Shown here: positions 52,080 through 64,000 of the stretch, piece by piece
How positions within the stretch are numbered: position 1 is the stretch's first letter
Layout of the letters: the number at the start of each line of letters is the position of its first letter
Assembly (NCBI RefSeq): GCF_006345805.1
Contig: NC_043006.1
Location: forward strand, 98,890,001 to 98,954,000
DNA length: 64,000 bases
Origin: Octopus sinensis
Lineage: Eukaryota
Direction: 5' to 3'
The notes under the pieces: generated by a model
The model's database searches: none
The model's input: only the letters and a program-made list of their open reading frames with translations
Told to the model about the DNA's origin: nothing
Program-made: the position numbers and the translations under genes

Positions 52080-53070
52080 TTCTTTCCTCTCACCAGCTTC
52101 GGTGACGACATGATTTTCTTGTGTTCTATATATACTTCCCGTGACTAAAACTCTCGACAAATTTACAGTCCCCATTGGCTTGAACTCTGGCGCTACCAGG
52201 TTTTCTCTCTTAGTAGTATATTGGAGATGGGTGAAAAGTTTTTCGCAGGAACTATAAATATTTCGTAAGCTTATAATTTCTTTATTACCTATAAAGGGTA
52301 AAAAAGAGGGACAATAATGCTCATTTGGGGACATATAAGAAAAATGAAAACAAATAAAATATATGATATAATGAATATTCAAAATGAGAAATGAACATGG
52401 TATTACTTGCCCCTTCCTCTTATCTCCATTATGTCAATCCCATAACGTTTTTATATTCTATAAACTTTAGTTATTTTCCCATATCGTAGTCTACTTTCCA
52501 CAGCTCACATTCTCCATTGAATCCTTTCATTTCATTCATTTGTTGTTCAGTTCTTAATAAACACGTATGTTTTCCGCCAAAACTCCCCTCCTCCTCGACA
52601 CCAACATATACTGGGTTTCCTATTCATTCACCCTTTCAAACAGTTCCCCTTCCGCGTCCTCATACAGCACACATGCAAACACAACCAATGGGAAGGGAAG
52701 TTTGTGACCTATTGTGTGTAAGCGTTCTTTTGTTTTTGTGTTGGAGGGGAGTGGGAACGTTTAGTCTTCAGGGAGAAAGTTGGGACAAAGAGGGTATGGG
52801 TTGCCATTTGGTAGTTGTAGGGTGAGGTTCTGTAAGCGTTGGACTTATCTTTATTCTCTTCTTTTTTTCCTTTTTCCGTGGTTTCCTACTATTCCCTGCC
52901 TCCACTGGAGCCATTCTTTCTTCTTCTTGTCCTTCCTGTAGCTTCTCCTGGGAATATTCTTCTTGTGTTTTCTCAGCTTCTTCGACCGGTGGAGGGCATA
53001 TCTCGCAAGCATTTATTATATATTCCGGCTGTGACTGAATATATAACATATTTAGTCACTGCCTTTTAAT
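52080..53070 (-). pseudogene. Possible decayed retroelement ORF1/ORF2 remnant
   Basis: Knuckle-like C..(F)S.P.Y...C followed by E/K/P-rich low-complexity stretch, similar in layout to the ORF1 at 34-35 kb. Confidence 0.3.
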
Positions 53071-53172
53071 TCGCTACAATATTTTGCAAAAGTTGTTGCC
53101 TCAGAGAAACGTCAGAGAGATATTACACTCCTCAGTAGCGTAAATATTTTAACGAATAATAGAAACATTTCA

Positions 53173-53392
53173 AGGCGGCGAGCTGGCAGAAACGTTAACA
53201 CGCCGGGCGAAATGCTTAACCGTATTTGGTCGGTCTTTATGTTCTGAGTTCAAATTCCGCCGAGGTCGACCTAAAATTTCATCCTTTAGGAGTCTACAAA
53301 TTAAGTACCGGTTGCATACTGGTGTCAATCTAAACGACTGGAGACCTCCTTGAAAATTTCGGGCCTTCTGCTAAGAGTAAAAAAATAGTAGA
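53173..53392 (+). mobile_element. SINE family A
   Basis: Head, core and short tail present. Confidence 0.82.
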
Positions 53393-53991
53393 AACATATT
53401 GCATTGCTAATGTATATTTTACTTTTAAACGAAATATTTATACAAATATTTAGCAGTAACTTTAGAGATTACATACTTTTGATATTGATGCTCGAACCAC
53501 TAGAAAATATTTCATGCAAAAAAGAAAATGTTTATCCTCAAATGAATATATGATGAATAATCCAGGGAAATTTTCCTTCGAGCTGATGTATATCTCAAAA
53601 TATTTCAAAATTTACCGGAAGGAATTTTTAAAGCCATACAAGTAACTGCTTTCCAGCGATATTTTCTAATCTTCTTCATATTTATTATGCTGTGGTTAAT
53701 ATCGTAACTACGTCACACACATGAACCTTCGTTGGTAAATATATACAAACATTTTTTTGGCTCCATTCGCTGTGTGTCACATGTGTTAAAAAGATAGTGG
53801 ATGTATTCAGTGCATGAGAAAAACAGTTGAGTGTGTATAATGTATATTGGGCGTCTGCGCGTACGCGCACGTGGCCCTCTCTACAGACTATATGCTGATA
53901 AATATTTATAACTTTGAATGAAAGTGTGTATATATATTTATATACATACATATGTATATATACTTACATACATTCATAACATATTTATATG

Positions 53992-54039
<48 letters not shown>

Positions 54040-54099
54040 TATATATATATACATATATACATATATATATATGTATATATATAGTGAGAGAGAGAATAG

Positions 54100-54100
54100 T

Positions 54101-54154
<54 letters not shown>

Positions 54155-54167
54155 AATAGATAGATAA

Positions 54168-54221
<54 letters not shown>
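54100..54221. repeat. (GATA)n microsatellite
   Basis: Direct reading. Confidence 0.95.
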
Positions 54222-54222
<1 letters not shown>

Positions 54223-55089
54223 TTCTAACGTCTTTGTAAGCATATCCTGCGTTTTGTGTCCAGGGCTGTAGCTTCAATATTACACAACTTGGTATTAGCT
54301 TTATGATGAGTCGGGTCTAGTGACATCAACTATGATCTCACACCGTTTCGAATGAACATCCTACATACAATTTGCATCTTCACATTCCTCGACGAGGTGA
54401 TTATATCGGGGAATCTTTCGAGTCCGAGCGTTGTCCATGTTATCTATATGAGAAACCTTAACTCGACCATTTTTTTTCTGAGACTACATGATACTTAAGA
54501 TGGGGAAGAATTCGGCTTGTATAGTGCCAAAGAGATCGCCATTTCGTTAATAGCATACCAATTGCTGGCCTAGAATTTTAAATCTCAATTTTAGTTGTAG
54601 TTCATAAATTTAGTTGTAGGAATTTACCTGTAATAGCTGCGTCTATACTCTTTGTAAGCGAATATGATATCAGTTAACTAGTCAACAACTGTGTTATTTT
54701 ATAAACGCTGATACGTTTGTTCAAATACATGCCAACAAAAACCAAACTAAACCTCATTTCTCTCCGCCTAGGCATGTTTAATTGTATGCAAATTACGCTG
54801 CCCATAGATGCATTAATAGTTTCTTTTCTATAATTCTGAGTAAGTCATCTGCTGAAAATAAGGTGCAACGCATGACGTGCCGATGATGTTTATTGGTCCT
54901 TATTGGTAAACTGTCATTTAAAATGATCTGTCAATTTTTAATAATTTGTGCGTTTTTGGAGGTATATCTCTACCAAATCATTCGTCCTATCCAATGTACA
55001 AGCACAGATAATTGAAATATTATTAAACTATTAGTTGTAATATTAAATAAACTCGTATATGCAAGGATGAGACGACGATGATGACGACC

Positions 55090-55340
55090 TGGTTGTGCTG
55101 ATAGAAGCTTGCTCCTCAACCATATGGCTTTCACCACAACTATAAGGCTTCAAGTGCCGTTTCACTGCACTTTGGCAGATGTCTTCTACTGTCTCGAAGC
55201 GACCAGAGATTTGTGCGTGGTTTTTCAGTTACTTGAAGAGTCCTATCGGTTTCTTCTGACGAACAACTATGTTACTTGGACGTAAGCTCACCCGCACAGG
55301 TTTTAAAGTGGTGGTGGTGGTGGTGGGCAAACACAAACAC
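55090..55340 (+). mobile_element. Strongly diverged SINE family C 5' half
   Basis: agaagcttgct...caaccatatgg...ttgggcagatgtcttctact. Confidence 0.55.
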
Positions 55341-55468
55341 AACGATACACACACACATAGATATATACATCCGTACATATATATGTATATATCTATCGGT
55401 TTATGTACATTGGATGTATCTATGTATGCATGTACCTATGTATGTATGTATGTATGTATGTATGTATG

Positions 55469-55527
<59 letters not shown>

Positions 55528-55529
55528 AT

Positions 55530-55585
<56 letters not shown>

Positions 55586-55609
55586 TAGATGTATGCAGGT
55601 ATGTATACA

Positions 55610-55980
55610 TCTTTTACTTATTTCAGTGATTTGACTGCAGGCATGCTGGAGCATCACATTTTTTTCGAAAAATTGGATCACAGAACTTATTCTGTGCCTG
55701 CCTAGTTCTTATTCTATAGCTTTCTCTTTTCGTAACTTTTAACTTAGGAGGACGTAAACGCACCAACATCGGTTGTCAAACGATGATAGTGGGGGGCAAC
55801 ACAGTGATACAAACATACACACGTACATATATACGACGGACTTCTAGTTTTCGTCTACCAAATCCAGTCACAAAGCTTATTGCCGAGTCGGTGTTATATT
55901 AGATAGTTCTTGCCCAAGGTGCCTCATAGTGAGACTGGACCGAGAACCTTATGATTTGGAGCAAGTTTCTTAACACACAA
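55610..55980 (-). mobile_element. Diverged SINE family C
   Basis: Family C tail and head recognisable. Confidence 0.75.
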
Positions 55981-56966
55981 CAACATATATAACAACATAT
56001 ATCATTTATATTTTATTTTTAAACATTTATATTTTTTCTTTTTCAAAATGATCAAGGCAGTGAGTATGATTGTGAACGAAGACCAGCTAAGCAAAAATTT
56101 GTTGTTAGTAATCTAGGAAGTAAGTATGTGACAAAATCCTACGATGTTTTCTTTTCATAGTATGGTGATTGTAAACAAAGAACAAAGTATAGCACCAAAT
56201 ATTTGAAAGTTTTATCAGGAGCATTCGATTGATTTGTGTTTTGTTTTCAAACGGTATGCTATTTGGAGTTAGTTACTATAAAATTATTTCAATGTTATCT
56301 AACAATTATTTTCATGAAGAACCATTAGTTTCATAATTTAAGCGCTGTTGTTAGAAAATACAATGCAATTTTTTTCATGTGTTGTTGAGAATTATGATAA
56401 TTATAATGATATCATAATTGAATGATAATATTAAAAGAGTTAAAATGATATCATAATAGTTACGTTTATATAATAATGGTTATGATATAATAATTCATAA
56501 TTAATTTTTAAATTATTGCCAAAAACACTAATACAACGTGATTGATTATTGTAATAAGTTATATTTACCCGTTTATGTCGAAATATATTAATATGAAATA
56601 TAAATTTGCTTGAATATAATTTCCGGTGATGTCTCAAGGACTTTATCTTTTGAAACTTTAATGTAATTATTTAATCACGATAAATAAGCTAAATTTCGCT
56701 AAATTAAACGTTTTTCATAGTAATTATACAATAATTAAACAATATGAAAAATATATTATGGGAAATATAAAACGTGTTTCTAAAAAAATTATGCATTTCG
56801 TTGTATTTTGTTGCTATGCAAATATATTCAGAATATATTATGTTTACCTGAATATACTCTCCAGTCTATCATATCCTTACGATAATTACTATGTATATAT
56901 GTATGTATATATATATATATATATGTTTGTGTGTATGTGTGTATTTATGTATGTATGTGTAAATAT

Positions 56967-57029
<63 letters not shown>

Positions 57030-57133
57030 GACTTATATGCACATATATACATCTATATATATAGATATATATATGTATATGTATATATGTACCGGTAAAT
57101 CCATTGAATCATGTTTTTATTTTGATTAATATA

Positions 57134-57181
<48 letters not shown>

Positions 57182-57198
57182 AATATGTATATATATAG

Positions 57199-57229
<31 letters not shown>

Positions 57230-58527
57230 CATATGTATATTTATATATATATATATATATACATTTATATATGAATATATATATATATATATATGCATAT
57301 AAATGTATATACTCATGTATGTGTATATATATCCATATGCTTGCATGTATGTATGTATACATACACAGAGAAAGAGAGAGACAGATAGCTACAGATAAAT
57401 GAAGAGAGACTGAGAGAGATTGACATTGCTATTTCTTTATCAAGAATTTTTTTTTGAAATACTGTTCTTCGTTTAACTCTTTTGTGATATTTTAAATTGC
57501 ATATAGTGTCAACTTGAATGCATCCAAATATTGTATTGTTTGTTGGTGAATAGAAATACAAAACATGAAAAAAATGATTGATCGAAATTTAATAATCAGT
57601 ACTTGCTGATTGAATGATAAGTATTTGTGTACATACTTGCTTATACTAGAAGTAGGTAAATACCTTCCATCTTTGTTACATTAACAATAAATACTTGTAG
57701 TAAGATATATGTTTGTTAATAAACAAATGAAAAATTATTTTCACCGATGAATGTCAATCCTTCTGTGCTATTATTCTCATTTCTTAATCATACAAATATT
57801 TGAATTATTTGCTTTGGAAAATAATTTATTTCATAATTAATTAACGCCAACATTTCATATATAGTTCTTAAGCCTCATTTAAGAGTCTTAATATAGGTAA
57901 CTTGTCCCATGATTTTCTAAGAAGTGTGAATTACGGTTTTTCTGTGTGTGTATGTATGTATGTATGTATGTATGTATGTATGTATGTATGTATGTATGTG
58001 TGTGTGTATATATGTATGTATATATATATATATGTATGTATGTGTATGTGTGTGTGTGTGTGTGTATAGAGATAGAGAGATAGAGAGAGAGTAAGACGTA
58101 CAGACAGACAGAGTGAGAGAGAGCGACGAGTGACCTGGCCGTCCAGTTTGCATGGGCTGCAGTCACCGTTTATTGCTTACGAATAGCCTAATACATGTCT
58201 GTCTTCCCCTCAACAGCATCTAGTCACTTGGTGTGAAACGTGTGTTGGATGTACTGAACACTAAAGTACACTGTTGTAACATACAACGATCCATTCTATT
58301 AATTTTGCCTAACACGTTTGTAGGCATTTGCCTGTGTATAAGTGCGAGGAAATAAAATGCTAACGCGGGTTGAAATATAAGGATATCGATTTCTGAACAG
58401 AACTTAAGAGAAGTAATTAATTCAGAGTAGCTACTACATCATTCAGTGGTAACAATGCTGTGACGTTAAAGATATACTGCCTTACACAATCAAATTTCTC
58501 TGTATTTAAAATTTAGTTTCATGTCAT

Positions 58528-58926
58528 GTTACTCTTTTACTTGTTTCAGTCATTTTACTGCAGCCATGCTGGAGCACCGCCTTTTAGTCGAGCAAATCGA
58601 CCCCGGGACTTATTCTTTGTAAGCCCAGTACTTATTCTATCGGTCTCTTTTTTCCGAACCGCTAGGTGACGGGGACGTAAACACAGCAGCATCGGTTGTC
58701 AAGCAATGCTAGGGGGACAAAGACAGACACACAAACACACACATATACATATATATACATATATACGACAGGCTTCTTTCAATTTCCGTCTACCAAATCC
58801 ACTCACAAGACATTGGTCGGCCCGGGGCTATAGCAGAAGACACTTGTCCAAGATGCCACGCAGTGGGACTGCACCCGGAACCATGTGGTTGTTTAGCAAG
58901 CTACTTACCACACATCCACTCCTAGG
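58528..58926 (-). mobile_element. Full-length SINE family C
   Basis: Near-identical to the other copies. Confidence 0.9.
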
Positions 58927-59068
58927 CCTATTATTTTATCCATAATATTAATACATCATATGTATGCTTTTTTTGTTTTAATCACCGATGTGCTTTTGGT
59001 ACAGATCAAAAGGACATCGAATATGATTTGAAGGAATTGGACTGATACATAGTCTGTACTTTTCATAT

Positions 59069-59465
59069 ATTGGAGGCGCAATGACCCAGTGATTAGGGCA
59101 GCGGACTCGCGGCCGTAGGATCGCGGTTTCGATTCCCAGACCGCGCGTTGTGAGTGTTTATTGAGCGAAAACACCTAAAGCTCCACGAGGCTCCGGCAGG
59201 GGATGGTGGTGATCCCTGCTGTACTCTTTCATCACAACTTTCTCTCACTCTTACTTCCTGTTTCGGTTGTACCTGTATTTCAAAAGGCCGGCCTTGTCAC
59301 TCTCTGTGTCACGTTGAATATCCCCGAGAACTACGTTAAGGGTACACGTGTCTGTGGAGTGCTCAGCCACTTACACGTTAATTTCACGAGCAGGCTGTTC
59401 CGTTGATCGGATCAACCAGAACCCTCGTCGTCGTAACCGACGGAGTGCTTCCATCAGTTCAACCC
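59069..59465 (+). mobile_element. Full-length SINE family B
   Basis: 11-bp TSD ACTTTTCATAT. Confidence 0.92.
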
Positions 59466-59644
59466 ACTTTTCATATCTAGTTTTTTCACTCCTTACGCAA
59501 AACACTTGCTCATTACAAATAATGAAACAGTCGTGGACATTTGTTTTAAAGCCAGTAGGTGACTTCCTTACCAACAGCAGTCATGGTTAAAACATATATC
59601 AAGAAAGAAATATTATATGGCTTAGGAAATTTGCATACATTAAT

Positions 59645-59826
59645 AGAGTTCTATATCTAAGAGATGATGAATTATGTACAGTATTTACCTTATTTCCATG
59701 TGACGGATATGTTTTCATCTTGTTTGATTTTAACACAACCTTTCGACTCATATGCCCTCCAAAATTCATCAGGTGACTGGGGGAAATTTTGGAGCTGGGT
59801 TCTAATTCCCAAAGTATCTTTCGATG
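59645..59826 (-). mobile_element. Decayed copy of the Penelope-like LTR with eroded hammerhead (59732-59777)
   Basis: Aligns by eye to 15054-15235; preceded by (AAT)n as in the 14.7-kb copy. Confidence 0.75.
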
Positions 59827-59850
59827 TTATTATTATTTTTATCATCATCA

Positions 59851-59905
<55 letters not shown>

Positions 59906-59907
59906 CA

Positions 59908-60695
59908 TTATTATTACTTTTTTTTTTTCTTCTTTCAAATTTTCTTCCATTTCTTGCCGAGTGTCTTCCCGACTCCTAGGGCAAAGAAACTCATAGTGTA
60001 TATTGGTAGGCCATTAAACCAAACTCAGTAGTTCGTTCATTTTTTTTGTTTTTTTAAAGTTAAATTAAAATACATGAGCAGCAACAGTTCTCACATCGAC
60101 AATGCTCTTCTCAATACGTGTGATGTACCAGTTAAGACAATCTTTTGCACTTCTTGCAGGGATGGTAAGCCAGGGATCATTCTCATATAATTTTCGGTTC
60201 CCTTCTTGATCATTCCTAGTGCTCCTACGATCACTGGTATTGTAACCGCCTTGAGATGCCACATTTTCTCAATTTCAATGAGTAGGTCTTTATATTTTCT
60301 GAGCTTGTCAAACTCTTTCGCTGAGATATTATGATCACAGGGGATGCTCATGTCGATCAATAAGCAAACTTTATTGTTTTGGTCTTTCACAACAATATCT
60401 GGTTTATTGGCCTTGATGGTTCGGTCTGTATGTACTGGAAAGTCCCACAGAATGGTTACATTTTCTCCTTCAGTTACAGCCTCAGGGTGGTGATTATACC
60501 ACTTGTCGGCAGTTTTGATATTGTAATGCCGACTTATTAGCCAGTGGAGATATTGGCCAACTCTGTCATGTCTTAATTTATACTCCACTTGTGCTAAGAC
60601 TTTACATCCAGAGATTAGGTGGTCCACTGTTTCAATCATGTCGTTGCAGAATCGGCATTTTGGGTCTGCTCCATTTTCATCACATTGGCCATAGG
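59908..60695 (-). mobile_element. 3' fragment of an R4/Dong-type (RLE) non-LTR retrotransposon
   Basis: CRFC..IETVDHLISGC..LA..EY..RHD, LWDF..TD.....KPDIV, LIDMSIP, KLRKYKDL; 3' UTR and A-rich tail run into (TAA)n. Confidence 0.88.
60091..60690 (-). CDS. CCHC zinc knuckle plus restriction-like endonuclease domain (C-terminal part of track ORF 60091-60837)
   Basis: Motifs as above; upstream part of the track ORF is read-through of unrelated inverted sequence. Confidence 0.8.
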   Translation of the reverse strand, partial: GQCDENGADPKCRFCNDMIETVDHLISGCKVLAQVEYKLRHDRVGQYLHWLISRHYNIKTADKWYNHHPEAVTEGENVTILWDFPVHTDRTIKANKPDIVVKDQNNKVCLLIDMSIPCDHNISAKEFDKLRKYKDLLIEIEKMWHLKAVTIPVIVGALGMIKKGTENYMRMIPGLPSLQEVQKIVLTGTSHVLRRALSM

Positions 60696-60699
60696 GATT

Positions 60700-60805
60700 T
60701 TGAAGATAAGACAGAGAAAAAAGATAGCTATGAATGACTAACAGTGATTGAAAACCGGAAACGGAGGCTTTAATGTGTGTTGTCCAAGAGCAAGCTCTAA
60801 GAGCA
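60700..60805 (+). pseudogene. Inverted R4-type fragment from just upstream of the zinc knuckle
   Basis: DREKR*L*MTNSD*KPETEALMCVVQEQALRA resembles W...SDLK.ETE.LI.AAQEQALRT. Confidence 0.65.
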
Positions 60806-60895
60806 TGCATGGGTGTCAGCTGATATTCGACAAGCAATTATCATAGACTTGTGCCTCTGAAAGGAAGCTTATAGGTGCAATCCATTGGTCATTAC

Positions 60896-60971
<76 letters not shown>

Positions 60972-60975
60972 CACA

Positions 60976-61032
<57 letters not shown>

Positions 61033-61083
61033 ATATATATACGTATGCATGTTTGTATGCATTTATGTATGTTTGCGTATATA

Positions 61084-61176
<93 letters not shown>

Positions 61177-63956
61177 TGACATAGTATTCATTCTAAAAAT
61201 GACTACTTCCGGTGACGTAGATCGTTTATGGTGTATCTCTTATATGTTTTATATCAATAGTCTACGAACAAATGTCTGCAAGCGTAAACCGTCTTATTAT
61301 CACAAATAAAATATAGTCAATTCCTGTCCACGTTTTTTTACCGTAATTCTTCATGATATTTTACGTATTGCTTTAGCTATTTCCAACATTTGACACAAGT
61401 TTACTGGAGCATCGATTTTCTTTATGTAATTTGCTTGTGATTTGAACCGCGCATGTATATTGAGAGCATTTGCTTATACCGATAAGATGATAATTTTTAT
61501 GAGTATTTGCTTTTTGTTATTTTCAATATCGTACTTTAGAATAATGAAAAAAGTTATCATAATTATTCATGAAAAAAGAAACATAAAATTAGACATAACA
61601 ACGCAGAATTGTATGTATTAGTTTTAAATATATTTTATTGTAGCTTTTTGCATGAGCTATGTAGGAGTATTTTTAGGCGAATACACAAGCAACTAACTGT
61701 TGGAGGAAAATTCCTACTACCAATAATTTCCTTGTATCAAAGCCGTAGAATTTCCTTTACAACTTGCGTAGTATTACATTTTCATATCTATTTGTATACA
61801 CTAGAATATTCCATCAAAGTGTTTCCTGAATATGCATAGACACTGCGTCATTGGATGCTTTGTTCATACGAAGGATGTGAGATTACTATGAATGAAAAAA
61901 ACACAATTCGATACTATTTCCTATTCAAAAATTCATACTCGTCTCCTGGCTGAATAATATTTCAATTTAGAATAATGATTCTTGGTAACATACCAATTCC
62001 TTAGTAATATAATATTGTCAATACATGATTTGTGAAGTTTCATACACTCTATAAAAATAATGTTCAAAGGAAAGCCATTCTGCCAACTCAGAAGAGACAC
62101 TCAATCTTACACGAACAGTTACACAAATAGGCATGTGCATATGTATAAATATACGTGTGGAGGAACGCGTTTGTGTGTGTGCGTGTCTGTCAGTGTGTGT
62201 GTGTGCGCGTGCATGTACATATATACATAGTGTGTATAAGGCTAGTCAACTCTGTTTATCCATATGAGACAATAAGAATAATTTTATGTATACGCATATT
62301 TATATTTCATTCCCCATTCCTTTCCTTGTCTATCTCTTCTTGCCGTTTATTCTCCCCCTCTTTCATTTCCTCCGCTGTATCTCTCCTGGTTCTCTACACA
62401 GATATTGTGCTTGTGCATGAACACATGTATCGAGAATACCAACTTCTTTAGATCATATTTCTATACATATTATTAAAAGCTGCAGCATTCCAGTAGCGTT
62501 TGAAAACAGCTAATAGTGCAGCTCAATAAAAATGCATTGTATGTTTTCTGCAATGCAGTAAGATATGTCTTTATGTTTACAGAATATCAAAGTTTATACG
62601 CTAGGCATATTTATAACCGATTTTTAACAGCGAGACTTCCCCTTTTCCTCACATTCACTCTATTTCATGCAATTTTTCTGCTCCCATCTGATCTACTTTA
62701 TCTATTTTCTCTCTTTTCGAAACACCATTTCTTCTGTCACCAGTCGACCTCTCTCAGCCTTCAGTTTTCCATAAAATTGAAGATGTAAAATATATTTCCA
62801 ATTCAGTTGTGCTCGTGAACATGGTGTATGTAATATTTCATTGCACGTATGCTTTGATAAAATGAAAACAAAGAATATTATAAAACTGTGTTACTTGTTT
62901 CAAAGAACTACATAATTTATTTCATTTTCTGAATATCAGGTAATGCCTATTGTATACAAAAATAGCGTTGCATATATCAAATAACTGTCTACTTCATATG
63001 CTATGTATTTATAACTAAACTATTGAAGGGTCACAATGGCAACATATTTTCCTAAATTTATGTACTCAACATGCATAACCAAGATCTAAACAACGAGCGT
63101 GAAGCTACGCCACAGCATTTAGTGATAGTCTATCATGCTTGAAATAACAGCCAAATTAGTATCGAATGATGCGAAAATATTTTCGAAAATTTCGAACAGA
63201 AAATCAGGTACAATAAAGTATGATTACCAATCGAGTGAATTATGTATACGTATATCTCTTGTGTTTGTGCTCATAGGAAAATGAAAACAAATTTCTAGAA
63301 AAACGAGTAAAACACAAATTATGATGTTGGAACAGTAAGTAAGGTATATGTATATTTGTCGGTTTCGATGATGGGATTCAGTTGGTCATTAAATTAGATT
63401 TCCTTTGCATGTGATCGCTGGGTTGTTGACTGAGTATTTCACAGACATGGTGAATTTTACGTAATTTGTTAGTCAGAATCACCCTGATACTTTCTGTGAA
63501 AACACTATTCCTTTTCAATTTTAAATACAGACTAACTGCAGAATTTCCTAGCTGATAATAGAAAACATCTTCTCAAGACGTCATGCAGAAATATAAGCCG
63601 GATCTTCGTAACTGTCAAACGGATTACCAAACAGTTCGACGTTGCTATGTATTAGATTATTGGAAAACGGTTCCGTTGGGTTATACTATTACTGATACAA
63701 GAACACTTACGCTCATTGAAATCTATCTCATTATTATGAAGTCAAGGCCCAAATGATTTACTACTAAATGATTTTGTGTGGAGTCATGTGGTATTATTCA
63801 AATAGAGGTTCTCCCATTTTGAATACAACGATCAACAGTTTGGAGAGAATGTATACTTGACAACTAGTTATCTTTCATTTAAAAAGTAGCATAAAATCAC
63901 TATCAATATTCAGCTACAATACAAGAACAATTATATCCTGCGCTAGGGTGCTGACA

Positions 63957-64000
<44 letters not shown>

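Noticed and set aside
63277-63334. 58-bp segment with acceptor and GTAAGT donor, ending ATGATGTTGGAACA
   Set aside because: Could be a start-codon exon, but there is no supporting downstream exon in the window

Overview
AT-rich, microsatellite-saturated animal DNA made almost entirely of repeats. The SINE families, TTAGGG-type repeats and (TA)n density look like an Octopus/cephalopod genome; that is inference from recall, not a database result. No host gene can be called, and most track ORFs are translations of (TA)n/(CATA)n/(GATA)n. Recognisable elements: a young, near-intact CR1-type LINE (20.7-23.7 kb), the 5' half of an L1/Tx1-type LINE, a 3' fragment of an R4/Dong-type RLE retrotransposon, a decayed mariner, two copies of a non-autonomous Helitron, a MITE with a telomere-like core, many tRNA-derived SINEs of 3-4 families, and Penelope-like (GIY-YIG) fragments. 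The main unannotated signal is about a dozen type I hammerhead-ribozyme-like motifs from several unrelated sequence families. Several have non-canonical cores: a compensatory G3-C8 swap, A6U, U4C, and a ~60-nt stem II. Several sit in head-to-head, outward-pointing inverted repeats that mostly end in (TA)n, and one lies downstream of a tRNA-Ile-like Pol III head fused to a Penelope endonuclease tail. All folds were done by eye; ribozyme activity and novelty are untested.
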